From the NCBI RefSeq assembly GCF_009914755.1, contig NC_060937.1: a DNA stretch of 64,000 nt; one strand, given 5' to 3'. The position numbers and the translations under genes were made by a program. The notes under the pieces were generated by a model, which ran no database searches, was not told the DNA's origin, and saw nothing but the letters and a program-made list of their open reading frames with translations. This document shows, piece after piece, positions 43,671 to 57,149 of this stretch; the stretch's first letter is position 1; the number at the start of each line of letters is the position of its first letter. This DNA is from the human T2T-CHM13v2.0 reference genome, Homo sapiens.

Positions 43671-46600
43671 TTCCAGCCGCACACTCCTCCCCTCTGCTCT
43701 CTCTTTGAGTCTCCCACTGCCCCTGTCCTGCAGCCAGCAAATTCAACACCTGGCTCCCAAATCATTCCAGGACAACTGGGTTTCTCCAATCCCTGCTTTA
43801 GTGGAACTCATAACCCAGCAAGGGACGTGGAAAACAATAACTGTACTACAAGGGGCTGAGTGCTCTCAGAGACAGATGAGAGAGGGGCCGCCCTCGGAGC
43901 AAAGCAGACAAGATGAATGAAGATAAAAGGGAAGAAAGAACTAACATGGCAGAGGAGAATGCTATCTTCACATCTTTCCATGCTTAGCACTTATTCATAC
44001 CCTAATTAAAAATGTTTTGGTATTTTTGTGAAAAGAATGTCAAACAGAGACGCCTCTGAAATGAGGACAATCCATGGGTCTGTTTTAGGGTTATTAGACC
44101 CTGAAAGTTTAAATCAGAAAGTAATGTACTTAAGCACGTGTCAACAGAATTTAAGAACAAAACTGTTTCCTCCACTGACTGAGCCTGTACATTTGCATGG
44201 CCCTCAGCATTGTCATAATAAAATACCATTTGTTAAAATTTCATTTGTTCTTACATAAGAAGCAATTCTAATACTGACAAAGGAGTGTCCGTTGTAAAGC
44301 CAGGAAGCTTGATGGTTAATACCAATTGCTTGCCCTGGGATATTGTCATTTGTGAAAAAGTTAACTACGATAATGCCACCATCTCTTGCCAATCTGTCAT
44401 TAGTAAGAGGGTTAGGAGAAATACTTTTAGCCCAATTATCATTCCAGCTGCTTGTCTGCGTTAGTTGTATTAGCACAGCTGAGACTTAGCATAAAACCTA
44501 AACTACAATCAAATGATTACTCAGTATTTTCTTTTAAATCAGACAATTGCTCCCCTACATAGAATAATATGTGAATTCTGTTTATTAATTGAAAGAAAGA
44601 TGAAATTACAACTCAATATATATGAAAGAGCATTGTATTGTTTCTCACATTGAAATTAGTCAAATATATCAACATTTATATGGATAATTTGTATTAATAG
44701 AGAGAATGAAAATGCCTTTAAAGACAATGCAAAATGAATTATTCAAATACATAATCCAAAAAGGAATTTTATGTTTTGTTTTATAATTTGTTTGAAAAAC
44801 TACAAAAGCTGAAAATCGGCATTTCTATGCATTGAAGGAACCTTGCAAAAAAGTTAAAAAATCACAAAGCCTACTTGGTTTCATTTCCATCACGGCAATT
44901 CTGATTTCCAACAACTAAGATAATACAGGCCTCGCCACCACCTTCCTTACATCTAAAAGTGAATATTTGAAAATTTGAGAATTGACTTCAAAAACATTGA
45001 AACATACTGTGAAGTTTTGACTCAAGCTTCAAGTCCCAACAGACTGGCCAAGCAATCGCCGAAATTCTCAGGTTTCAGAAAGAACTGGGGCCACAGTGTA
45101 CACTAAATTGAAGCAAAATTCCAAGCACTTGGGATCAATCCTGCACCTCCCTATTCCCACCGAGGCTCCTGCGAAAATGTAGCCTCCTAGGTCTTCTACT
45201 CCTACAGTCCTCAGTGTGAAGTAGAGGCATCTTAGGGCACAGGCTTTGGATCCATCAGAGTGAGGAAACAAATGTCAGACCCACTCTTTATGCTTTTGAG
45301 TCTATAAAAGCAGAAAATAACCTTTCCCAAAAGTGTAATCAGCACAAGTAGCCTTGCTCAATCCATATTTGCTAATCAGTTTTAGAGATCCTGTATCTAG
45401 CATTAACTAAATTAATCTTTACAAATTAAGTGATGCCTTCACCATAATATTACCCCCCCAAAAAATCTCCAAAATCAAAACGAAATAACCCTGCAGTTCA
45501 AAAGTAATACTACTAATATAGACACATGTGAACAATAACAAAATAGGAAAGCTGATGCTTCCTCGACTTTAAACATGAGCCACACACACAATCTGTTCCT
45601 TAAAAGTAATGATGTCTTTTCAATAACGTGTGCTTAGGCTTTTGAAAAAATAATGTTTGATATACATTTGGAAATATAACCAACTCCATGATTATTTTGC
45701 TGGAAGCAAAGTGTCACTTGTAAAACTTTCAATTCTGTGTACTTAAAAACGTCAAATATCGAATTTTTTCCTAACCTATTAAAAATTCAAATGACAAGTT
45801 TCAGTGTGTCTTGAATTTGTTGAAGGTAAAAAGTGCAAGTAAGTCACAATACTTCCAGGAGTTTGAAAGTAATTGATTACTGACATCAGGAAAGCTAGCA
45901 ATTGATCACCCCCATTTCAGAAAAATCTTTTTTCCAGCAACACCAACACCGCACTCCTGCCTTGTGGCTCCGCCTCTGTGTGGGATGTTCACCTACGTCA
46001 TCTCTGGTAACTTTAAAAGCAAGGATGAGAAGAAGTGTCAGATCAGGGGGAGGATTTATACACCAGTCTGCCCAACTCTTCACTTTAACCAAATCACTCC
46101 TGCTTTTTCTAAAATCTCGCTGTAGTGAAGTAGATAATCTATTGTCTAGAATTGAAAGGTATGCTTCAAATACAAGGCAAATAAGTGGGGCTGCTGTATC
46201 TTTAGGGTGAAGATTAAGATGAAGACACGATACTCTGTTAAGGAAAGTCTTTTTTTCCACGCTTCCCAAGAGACTGAATAACAAGTGTCATTGGGGCAGA
46301 ACGTACTACTGCATCCTGAGAAAGGCAACAGATGTTTGATTGCAAATATGCCCCATCTATCTGATTTTCCACACACGTGTACATCTAACATCATAAGGTC
46401 TACATTTATGTAACTACAGGAGTAATGAGTGTTTAAAAAATAAGTTAAAGGTGAAAGAACTAAAGAGAACATAAAACTTAAATTCAAAATCTGAATCATA
46501 AGGAAATATGCTTAATTGCTAAATATTACTGTAAATTTTCCATAGGTATTTGGCTATACATGATCATAACAAATCAATAAATCAAATCTTATATCCTACT

Positions 46601-46887
46601 GTCATAAATACATCACAAAATTATATTTGTTTATTAAATTCAGTACATTGACAAAATGAATTTTAACTATTTCACAGTCAAAAGTGTTTGCAGTAATGTG
46701 AATGCTGATAATATGGCAAATATGGAGTTCTCTGTACATCTTTCCAAAACTCTAATTGACTAAAATGCACAAAATCCATAAAAAAACACATTACCATTTA
46801 GAAGACAGTCACATTATCTATGCTCATACATGAAGGCGAAAGCCACATTCATTAGTTTACAAAGAGGATAAGTGTTTTATCCTAAGA

Positions 46888-47588
46888 TGAAACTGCCTTT
46901 GCAAAAATCATAACAGGGAGAAAATTATGACAGTGAAAATGATCTGATCTAACCAACCTTTTGCCTTTAACCTTCAAACTGCCCTTGGTCATTCCTCGGC
47001 ATGGGCCAAGCTAACTTTGAGAGAAAATCAGTTTATAATTTAAATGATAATAGTCCTTGCTAAAACTAAACCACCTTTGTAAAACTAATGAAAATCTACC
47101 AGGTCAGGAAGATGAGAGGGGCCTGACTTCTGCTAAGATGTGAGTGTAAACGATTGCGAGCCATTATTCTGGAGGTCATAAAGATTTGCAATTTTCCCAA
47201 ATAATTAACATTACTGATGTAAAAACTAAGATTGGCTTTTTGAGATGTCTTTTCAGGCTTTTGTATTTCTGACAACCGAATGGCCATACCCAGACCAGCG
47301 ACTCCTCTGTGGCCCCCACTCAGAAGCGGGCTCAGTGCAGGAGGGCCACTTGGCATACCCCTATGATCGCATCTTCGGCCAATAAGCATTCCTCTTCCCA
47401 CCAAACTATCCTTGAAACACTGTATCCTCTGAATTTTTGGAGTCACAATAAAGCTGATTTGAGTCATAATAAAACTCCACTCTCCAGTTCAGCTGGCTCT
47501 ATGTGTATTAAACACTTTCTCTATCATAATTCCTCTTTTTTGATAAATTATCTGTATCTAGGCAAGATAGATCCATTGGGTGGTTACA
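46888..47588 (+). mobile_element. LTR8A/LTR8B-like ERV1 solo LTR
   Basis: TGAAACTGCCTTTGCAAAA...'cttcaaactgcccttggtcattcc...gccaagctaactttg...ggaagatgagaggggcctga'...GGGTGGTTACA; aataaa in the 3' part. Confidence 0.88.
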
Positions 47589-47615
47589 AGAATATCTTTT
47601 TTAAAAGTCTTTTAA

Positions 47616-47929
<314 letters not shown>

Positions 47930-48229
47930 TTATTTTTTTTAAAAAAAAAGTTTGGTCTTCCTTTTCAAAGAATATATGGCTTAGGGTGTTTCTAAAATGT
48001 ATACTGATGGGTAATTGTTCTTCAAAAGAGGGCTTTAGTGCTTTAAACCAATGCCATTTGATGGTATAGTCCTCATTTGAGGTGTGGAACTCTCTCCTTT
48101 ACTGAGGGATGTAAGAATAAAGCAAATCATTTCCACAATTATTTTTCCCAAGCCTGCTCCGTAAGTCTCTCTCATCATTGTTTTCATAGCAAGTCACTTG
48201 TAATCCATGGAGTCCATCATCTTTGGCTA

Positions 48230-48352
48230 GCAGTATCTTTTCCCAGCAACACTTTTCTTGTTCACCTTTGTATCTCCAGCACTAAGCAAGAGCCTCACAT
48301 CTTGTAGATATCGCAAAACAAATGTCTGAAATAAATGAATGTATGAATGAAA
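48230..48352 (+). mobile_element. L2 3' end
   Basis: 'ttgttcacctttgtatctccagcactaagcaagagcc...aaatgtctgaaataaatgaatgtatgaatgaa'. Confidence 0.75.
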
Positions 48353-48504
48353 ACAAAATGTTAAAAGCATAACTGGTTTTAGGTAGGTCTTGTAAGATCA
48401 GTGGCTTTAACAACTTTTTTACATTGAGAATAGTGATAGGATGGAAAGTTTTTGTGCCATCTGGGCACTGACTGGAGGCTGGGTGGTAAATCAGAAATTT
48501 ACGG

Positions 48505-49160
48505 TTTTTGCAAAGGTGGTTTCAGGAGGAGACCATCAAATCTATCTTCCCAAGGAGTTCCAGGCTGGATTTTTTTTTTTTTTAGATAGGGTCTTGCTCT
48601 GTCTCCCAGGCTGGCACAATCTTGGCTCACTGCAACCTCCACCTCCTGGGTTCAAGCGAGTCTCCTGCCTCAGCCTCCCGAACAGCTGGGATTACAAGTG
48701 CACACCACCATGCCTGGCTAATTTTTGCATTTTTAGCAGAGATGGAGTTTCACTATGTTGGCCAGGCTGGTCTTGAACTCCCAACCTCAGGTGATCTGCC
48801 CACTTCGGCCTTCCAAGGTGCTGGGATTACAGGTGTGAGCCACCACGCCTGGCACAGGCCGGGGTCTTTATGGGGATCATAAAGTCAAGGGAGATTGGAG
48901 AATTGGAATCTACCACGTCAGCTGGTCTGCAGGGTCCCACTGACTCAGCAGGTCTGAGGGACCCCATGAATTCACCAAAGAAGCTGATTCACCAAAGAAT
49001 GCAATTTCCACATCCTAATGATTTCATTCCAATTAACCGCATCAATCAACAACCCCAATTCTCCAGTCCCTTGACCGCTATGATCCCTTTAAAGACCCCG
49101 GCCTGGAACTCCTGGGGAGATGGAGTTCAGAGTCTCTTCCTGAAACCACCTTTGCAAAAA
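48505..49160. repeat. Inverted duplication (~105-bp arms; left arm split by an Alu)
   Basis: 48505-48568 plus 48855-48906 is the reverse complement of 49055-49160 (roughly 80-85% identity by eye; terminal 23 nt tcctgaaaccacctttgcaaaaa exact). Confidence 0.9.
48570..48854 (-). mobile_element. AluS (Sx-like)
   Basis: Poly-T head, ~10-bp deletion, TSD caggc(t/c)gg at 48561-48568 and 48855-48862. Confidence 0.93.
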
Positions 49161-49942
49161 TTATAACAGAAAATTATTACAGTGAAAAAGATCTGACCTA
49201 ACGAATTCCATCTTGTTTCTAACCTCCAAGCTGTCCTTATCCATTCCTGGGCACAGGCTGAACTAACATTAGGAGAAACTGAGTTTATAGTACGACTTTG
49301 AAACAAAGAAGATAACAGCTCTTTCCCAAAACAAATCTCCTTCTTTCCTGAGGACTAGACTACCTTTGCAGGACTAACAAATTAGCCGTAAGATTAGAAA
49401 TTATGGTTTGGGAGCCTCTGTTATAAAACCTGGGATCAGTGCTTGAGATATTTCACAGGCCCTGCATTCCAATGCACCAGCTGACGCCACCCAGATCGAT
49501 AAACTGGCTCATCTGAGCTTGTGGCCCCCACTCAGGAACTGTCTCAGACCAAGAAAACAGCTTAACTCCCTATAATTTCATCTCCAATCCAACCAATCAT
49601 CAATCAGCACTCTTCACCTTCTGACTCCGGACCCATGAAATTATCCTTAGAAACCCCAATCCCTGGGTTTTTGGAGAGACTAACCTGAGTAATAATAAAA
49701 CTCTGTCTCCTGTACAGCTGGCTCTACATAAATTAAACTCTTCCTCTATTGCAATTCCCCAGTCTTGATAAACTGATTCTGTCTAGGCAGTGGGCAAGAA
49801 GAACTGATTGGGCAGTTACACTCTTGTCTTCTCACTCGTGCCATGTGATCATTAAACTCTTTCTCTGCTGCAAACTCTGCTGTCTCAGTGTAGTGGGTCT
49901 GTTACTGTGCAGTAGGCATATGAACCTACTGGTCTTGTAACA
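48910..49942 (+). mobile_element. MER4-group ERV1 LTR (LTR26-like) 3' part, hosting the nested LTR8
   Basis: 'atgatttcattcc...caatcaacaaccccaattctccag...' resumes after LTR8 as 'gatcattaaactctttctctgctgcaaactctgctgtctcagtg...gaacctactggtcttgtaaca'; exact family uncertain. Confidence 0.65.
49141..49820 (+). mobile_element. LTR8 ERV1 (HUERS-P1-type) solo LTR
   Basis: TGAAACCACCTTTGCAAAA...'ctaacctccaagctgtcctt...ggactagactacctttgcaggactaacaaattagccgtaagattagaaattatggttt'...GGGCAGTTACA. Confidence 0.9.
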
Positions 49943-50888
49943 CTCTTGGGTCAAAGGAGAGGCACCACCAGCTGGGGCTAAGAGTCATGAAATGCATCTG
50001 CAAACAGACAACACACTTTTTTTTTCTCTAACAACAGTAAAACGAGAAAAAGATAAAGCTTCCCGTCCTTCAGGTATACCAAAAATACACATCCAGGTAT
50101 GCATTACAAGTTAGTGTGTGTACTACTTTCCCTTTCAAAATTGTCTCGATGTTAATTTTTACTTATGAAATTATTTGGAAATAAAAATCAAAATAATTAT
50201 AAGGGCTAATGAACACAGTAGAGAAAGTGTAAGACATGATAAAATCATATTCCAAAATTCCTATGCCTTCCAAGGACATCTTTAAGACAAGATCTTTAAT
50301 ATTTGGGATTGTGAATGTACAACAAGTCAGTCTTTAGACCTCACAAGACTCTCAGGTTCTCCAGCTACTTAGTGGAACTTGTATAAGCCTATTTCTATTT
50401 CCTAGGTTCCTTTGAAAAACAAGATATGTTTTTAAATTTTATATATGTATGTATGTGTACATACATTTAGATATATAAATTCCAAAGTATTTTGCTATTT
50501 TTATTCCTTTATTTAAGACTCCTCTGAGCTATATTAACTCAAGTCATAAGAAAATAGGCAGAGGTGCATGTAGAGGGGAAGAGGTAAAAGCCTACAATAT
50601 CTAGTTATATCAGATGTTATTCTCTGCAGTAAAAATGCAGAGGGATAAAATTTTCCAAAAACCTCCTATTTCTGTACGTAGCATTCCTGCCTGAAAGCCA
50701 GCTCTCATAGTAACCCCTAGTAAAAAAGAAACCTCAGGAAAAGACCTTCTGTTTGTACCTGTTTGACTTCGTGAGGGGAAGGAGTAAAGGAGCAAATGAT
50801 GGTGAATTATGTTTGACAGGAAGGAGACGAATCTCGGACTTGATCATTAACAAAGGGTCTCTTTAAGGAATAGATACATAAAACCTTG

Positions 50889-51260
50889 TGTATTAGTCCA
50901 TTCTCACACTGTTAATAAAGGTATACCCAAGACTGGGTAATTTATAAAGGAAAGAGGTTTAAATGACTCACAGTTCAGCATGACTGGTGAGGCCTCAGAA
51001 AGCTTACAGTCATGGCAGAAGGGGGAGCAAACACTTCCTTCTTCACATGATGGCAGCAAGGACAGGTGCCGTGCAAAAGGGGGGAAAGCCCTTTATAAAA
51101 TCACCAGATCTCATGACAACTCAGTCACTGTCATGAGAACAGCATGAGGGTAACTGTCACCATGATTAACCTCCAACCAGTTTCCTCCCACAACATGTAG
51201 GGATTATAGAAACTACAATTCATGATGAGATTTGGGTGGGGACACAGTCAAACCATATCA
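50889..51260 (-). mobile_element. THE1C MaLR solo LTR
   Basis: tgtattagtccattctcacactg...'gcaaaagggggg aaagccctttataaaa'...'gagatttgggtggggacacagtcaaaccatatca'. Confidence 0.92.
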
Positions 51261-51929
51261 TTTGGTACTGTGACAACAAAGAAAAAGAAGGCATAGAAAA
51301 TAGGGGAAAAATGTTTTCATTTTTAGATTGAGTAACTTTAAACAGCTAAAAGAAAAGCATAACTACTATTTTATCAGGAAGACACTGACTAATGTTATCT
51401 GCAGAAAACAGAATATCTAGTTTTCTCACTAATTCATGCTTAGAGATAGTTAGTAAAAAACTAGATGCTTCACAAAGCCTCTGGGAGGGTCAGGAAAATG
51501 TATTTGGATATAATCACAGAAATGGAGCCTGGACAGAGCCTCAATTGTACTAGGAAGGTGCCCCTGCTGAAAGGCCACTGTTGCTATGAGCTGCTCATCT
51601 TCAATGTCTGGGGATGGAGCTGCAGAGAAAACAGATACTTGCCCACACTCTAGAAAAAAACACCCTCTTTCTATGTGTGTCCACAGCTTCACAATCCTCA
51701 TGTCCATGCCCAAATCTCATCCAGATGCATCAACAGAAACTAGGTCAAATATGTGATTTTGCTTTTCTCTTATCAATGGTACATGGAGGCAAGCTAAAGG
51801 AAGTTGTGTGTATATTGAGTGACCCAACCATAGAGTACTTTTACTGTTCTAGGACCTTGAGACACTTCAGTGAACAAGATGAAATGATGTTACTGCATAT
51901 TTGAATGAGGTTATCATTCGGCATTCTAA

Positions 51930-52075
51930 AGAGTGTGGTGAGTAGTACAGGTTACTTTAGGCACAAGGGAACTTGGATTCTAGGTCTTGTTGCATCCTGG
52001 ACTCCCAGTGTGACTTAAGTCACTTACTTCTCTGTGCTTCAATTTTCCCATCACCGAAAATTCATGGCTAATAAA
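51930..52075 (+). mobile_element. MIR fragment
   Basis: 'cagtgtgacttaagtcacttacttctctgtgcttcaattttcccatc'. Confidence 0.65.
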
Positions 52076-52089
52076 ATGTGCCCAGTTTT

Positions 52090-52510
52090 CTCAGTCATGG
52101 TACAAGCAAGAAGTAGAAGTCACCTGAGACCGTTCAAATGAAAATGCTAATAAAAGGATTACTTATAAAGGTATGGGCAGGTTGGAAAAATAGACAGACA
52201 CTCTGAGACTATTAACAGTAGGACGTTGTTACCAAACCCAGGACTGAATGGAAAAGCAGTGGGAATAGTGTTAGCAAAGCCCACCGAGCCCTAGAGCAAT
52301 GTAGGATAGACGACGTGGAGGGAGCACTGGCTAGAGAATGGAGCAGCCACTCCTAGAGACATTGCCCTAATCTCTCCCAATGCATCCCACATCTCCTCCT
52401 GGTGCCCACTGGAGACCAAGCCCAGGAAGCCCGCTGCAAGGAAGCCTGGTGAAGACAGAGCCCCTTCTGGCAGGGCACACAGCAGAGAATGGCCTGGGGA
52501 GAAAAATGGA
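52090..52510. mobile_element. Ancient LTR (LTR78/79-like)
   Basis: 'aaaggattacttataaaggtatgggcaggtt...aacagtaggacgttgttaccaaacccaggactgaa...ctcctggtgcccactgg...aaggaagcctggtga'; recalled resemblance only. Confidence 0.5.
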
Positions 52511-55500
52511 TGCTCTCCAATGTGGCTAAATATCCCATAGAGTGATTACTAGGATTCCATAAGGTCGTATACACAGATGCACACTTTAGAGAGCATTGGA
52601 AGTGTTGATTTTAAAGTTGATAATATGTGTATTAAGGGTAACTTCCATTTAGGACATGCTATTCTTTATCCTTCTCTTACCAAAGAAACTTTGATTTTTC
52701 TAATTAGTTCATGAGACATGAGAAGCAGTTGGAATGAGTTCAAAGAAGTAAATGAAAGATCATGAATAAATTTGAGGAGAAGGCTAGATAGTCAGATAAG
52801 TGGGGGCCAGAGACAGGGTCTTAAATGAAAACTTGTAAAACAAGGATTGTTGGGGCCAAATGGATAGGAGATGAAGGGATGTGAAATTTAGCCATGTGTT
52901 AGAAAAGATCATTGCAATCAATCCTCCTGATTTTCACTTTAAAGTAAATATTATTCTCCAGATTTAATGTAAAAGATAGAGCAGTAATGGGATAGTAATG
53001 ACAAGCAATACAAGCAATGAATCAACTTACACTCTTCCTCGATTTCATATAAGGGGCATACTTCTTAATTGTGAAAGAATAACATTTTAAATGAATAGCA
53101 TTTCTTCCTGGATTAAGAAAAACACTCTAGCTTCCTTAGTTTGGTAGATATAAACATCACCAACTTAAAAATGAGTTACAGAAAATATCTCTCTAAAACA
53201 AATATTCAGGACAAAAGTCTTTCAGAGAAGAATGATCAGCAGATGTGAGTAGTGACAGATATCACAGAGTGATTGGAATTCTGGCTTAAAGAGAAACTTT
53301 TCTTTCCCCCTGAGTGATTTTACTGTTTTTCAAAGTTGCATTCTTCTGCTAAGGTGAGTAAAAATAAGAAAATTAACATGTTAAAACTGTATGAAAAGAA
53401 TAACATAAAATCCAGTATGTTTGTTTATACTTTTGTCAGATTTCATTTAAGAATCTGAGATTGGAAATTTTAGACTAGAAATTGGGCAGGGATTAGACAC
53501 TCTATCATGTTTTCGTAGTTTCTATTGGCATTGGGGTCCGAAACATAAATTGAATCCATTGTTAGAGTGGTGCTGCTATGAGAAATGAAACAGTGAACCT
53601 AAGCTTCAAAAATCCTCTCTAAATCTGCCTTTTCAAAACTGTTGCTTTGGGAGGATGAGATAACACGGGGCATTGTCATAGTGGCCCTTTGGCTGTGCAC
53701 AAGAAACACATACATCTCAGCAGATAATAACCAAAAACACAGTAAGTGATTTAATGATGTCAAGAAGGCACCAACTGGATATCAGCCACCTTGCTAAAGC
53801 TCAATACAATCAGGTATATTTACTAAGAAATAATGAACAAGAACCACGTAGGAATATCCAAGCTAGTAACGATTAAAGCTAAGGGCAAAAGGAAATGTTT
53901 GCATAAGTCTGAAATATTCAGATTAAAACTGTGGTGCACCAGTGTTTGGAAGAATCATTGCTTGTTTTATGAGGACTGGGTTCACTTAAAAATTAAAATC
54001 TTATAGCTACCAAGATGTAGGTTTTCCAAAAACCAAATGACTACAATTGTGTGTTCACTACCTGCCGCCTTAAGTCTCTCTGCTTTTAGCCTCACATGCT
54101 CTCCTGTAGATTTGAAGTAAAATTCCCACCAAGCTAAAGATCTGTTTTAGGCCAGCCTTATGAATGGACACCATTTATACCATTCATCTAGCCCTTTGCC
54201 TTTCTTGTGCAGAATGAAATATGGACACTCATTGTATTACACTCTGAAGGTAAAAAGCTGTGGCTAGATTGACAAAATAATTATGTAAATAATGATAGAC
54301 GTCTAAGGAAGACTAATGGCTGAAAAAGCCGAATAACATTAAAAAGTTAATATATTTAATGTTAACCTTTGTAGCTTTCAGTAATAATTCAAATACAGGA
54401 AAATTGTTGTTGAAAGCATAGTAATATTAAAGCAGAGAGCAAAATGTCATGGTAATAAATGAACCCCCCAGTTTTCTGGGAAATTGGCAGGATATTATTC
54501 TACTATAACACTAAAAGCTAAACAGAAATTTTTATTAATATTGAGTGCCATTATTCTTTGTTTTACTGGATTTGCCTGGAAAATGGATACTTTTTATTTC
54601 TAATTATGTATTTCAATCAAAGACCTAAACATCTCAACATAAAAGCTTACAAACAAAAACTGTTACAAGACAGAAGAGAAATAATCATTTAAATTCAAAA
54701 TACACGACACTTAGTTGGATTTTTTAATTAATATATGATGAGTAGCTTATTTAATAAGTGATTTTTTAAAACTTCTCAGCTGTGAAGATTATATAATTAC
54801 TCATAAAACATAGTTTACCTCCAAAATGTATGGGGGATAATAATTATAATGCAAGAGCAGGTTGAGATTAGAGAGACGGCGATGAGATGATATCTTTATT
54901 TTAATTTCAAAGGTGGAAGGTGGTTTGGGAAGAGTGAAAGAAGGTAAGGAACTTTGTTAAGGGAAAATAATGATCTCCAGAAATCTGGGTATTTGAACAA
55001 TCTGGCCAATATTAACACAGAAATAATATCTGTTTTCTTATTAGCTTCCTTCAGGCGAGACTTGAGATCTCACAGGGAAAAAGATCGTGATTATTTGGTG
55101 TTTGTTTTTATATAAAAAGACATTGAGGACTGAAGATGAAGTAAAGACTTGAGAGTTCGTAGATGGGACTCCCAACACTTGCACTGCTGTTTTTGAGTTT
55201 TGCATTTGTTTCCTCTGCTGAAAAGTTTGACTTCGAAACATTACTTATATTCTGACGAGGAAATACGCAGAGGTGTATTTTCCTATCCTATCATTAATAA
55301 GAAAATAAGATAACATCACTAGACAAGCCCATTTCTAGCTACAATTCCCTCAAGTCAGTTAACAAAAATTTTTTGCAATATCCATATATTGCCTAGCATT
55401 TGATTAAAATCAAGCTGCTGCCTATGACGCAAAAGTCTAAAAATTTATCTGTCACCTTCCATATTAAATGCTAAAATATTTGTGAAATCATGGAAGCCGA

Positions 55501-56273
55501 TGGGTTTTTAAGTCTTTGTATACTAGCAGTGAAAGAAAATGGAAAATTCACCTGTAAAACAACAAAGTATGTAGAATTGTATTAAGTTCATAGGCTTCTG
55601 GTTTTTGAGAAACACAGTTTCTCTCATTCAGCCCTTAAAAATATCAGAAAATGAGCAAACAGTGAAAAAGCAGACATTCATGAACATACTTGACACTAAA
55701 TATAGAGGATTCTGGACAAGTAGCATATTAATACCATGCTGTGGTAATGACGCTAGAAAACAGAAGAACTAGAAACATATGACTTACGGTGACAACTCCT
55801 CCAGCAAGTAGCCATATGTAACACAGGCTCTATGAGGAGCGTATTCAGTTATTATTCCCCAAACACATTACGTTGTTCTGTTCTACTCTGCTAGCTTGAA
55901 TGCATATTGCTCCCCGGAAAGAACTTACAATTCCCTTTACAATGCATTTACAGTTGATTAAAGAATGGATTTGCAATTCTGAGTCTATAATTAGAGCAAA
56001 GGGTCTCTATAATTTTAGCTACCCTCATCCACTAATGATGATGTTATGGAGATTAGCCACTATTATAAAGACCCATGGCCACTAAAATGATTACTGGAAA
56101 ACATGTATTGAGGTTTAGTAGTCTATTCTTTTACCACAGGAAGCCTATTATAAACAGAGTGTTATACAAGGCTACTAGGCAGCAAAAATGAGATTAACAA
56201 TTAACACCTTGCTCAAAGGATTAGTATATCTCTTACGCAGTGATGACCTGGATTCTAATTAAAACTCTTAGAG

Positions 56274-56319
56274 GTGCGTGTGTGTGCGTGTGTGCGTGTG
56301 TGTGTGTGTGTGTGTGTGC
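56274..56319. repeat. (TG)n microsatellite with TGCG interruptions
   Basis: gtgcgtgtgtgtgcgtgtgtgcgtgtgtg...; uninterrupted purine-pyrimidine alternation. Confidence 0.95.
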
Positions 56320-56542
56320 ACCCATGTATGCATTCTTATGTTTTTTTCCAGGTGTCTGCTGCTTCCTTGGAGGTTTAGAACAAATAGGTCTGTACATGCC
56401 ATGAGCTGGGAGCAAACCTTTTTATTAAGAGGGATTTCTCATTGATCTTTAACCAGAGTGTCTTCTAATATAAGTCTCGGTATAAAGTATGTGTATTTAC
56501 CTCTCTTACAAATTTATTTGGATATTATTTTTTAATGCATGA

Positions 56543-56874
<332 letters not shown>

Positions 56875-57067
56875 TCTGCAGTAATTTCTATGAGATTCCA
56901 CAGCTGAGTAAAAAGTTCTAGCACCGTGTGTGAGCAGAAAACAATCTACAGCGGCTTTCCAAATGCATAGTCCATCCACTCTGGAATTAGAGGCCATAAA
57001 ACCATCATAAAGGTGTGAAGCAAAAGATAAAATGTCCATGTATATTCTTAAAAATGTATCTTTTCTA

Positions 57068-57149
57068 TTAGGTTGGTGCAACAGTAATTGCGGTTTTGGC
57101 TATTTAAAAGTAATGGCAAAAAACCGCAGTTGCCTTTGCACCAAACTAA
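57068..57149. mobile_element. MADE1 (Hsmar1-derived mariner MITE)
   Basis: ttaggttggtgcaacagtaattgcggtttt...aaaaccgcagttgcctttgcaccaaactaa; ~37-bp imperfect TIRs; TA on both flanks. Confidence 0.93.
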
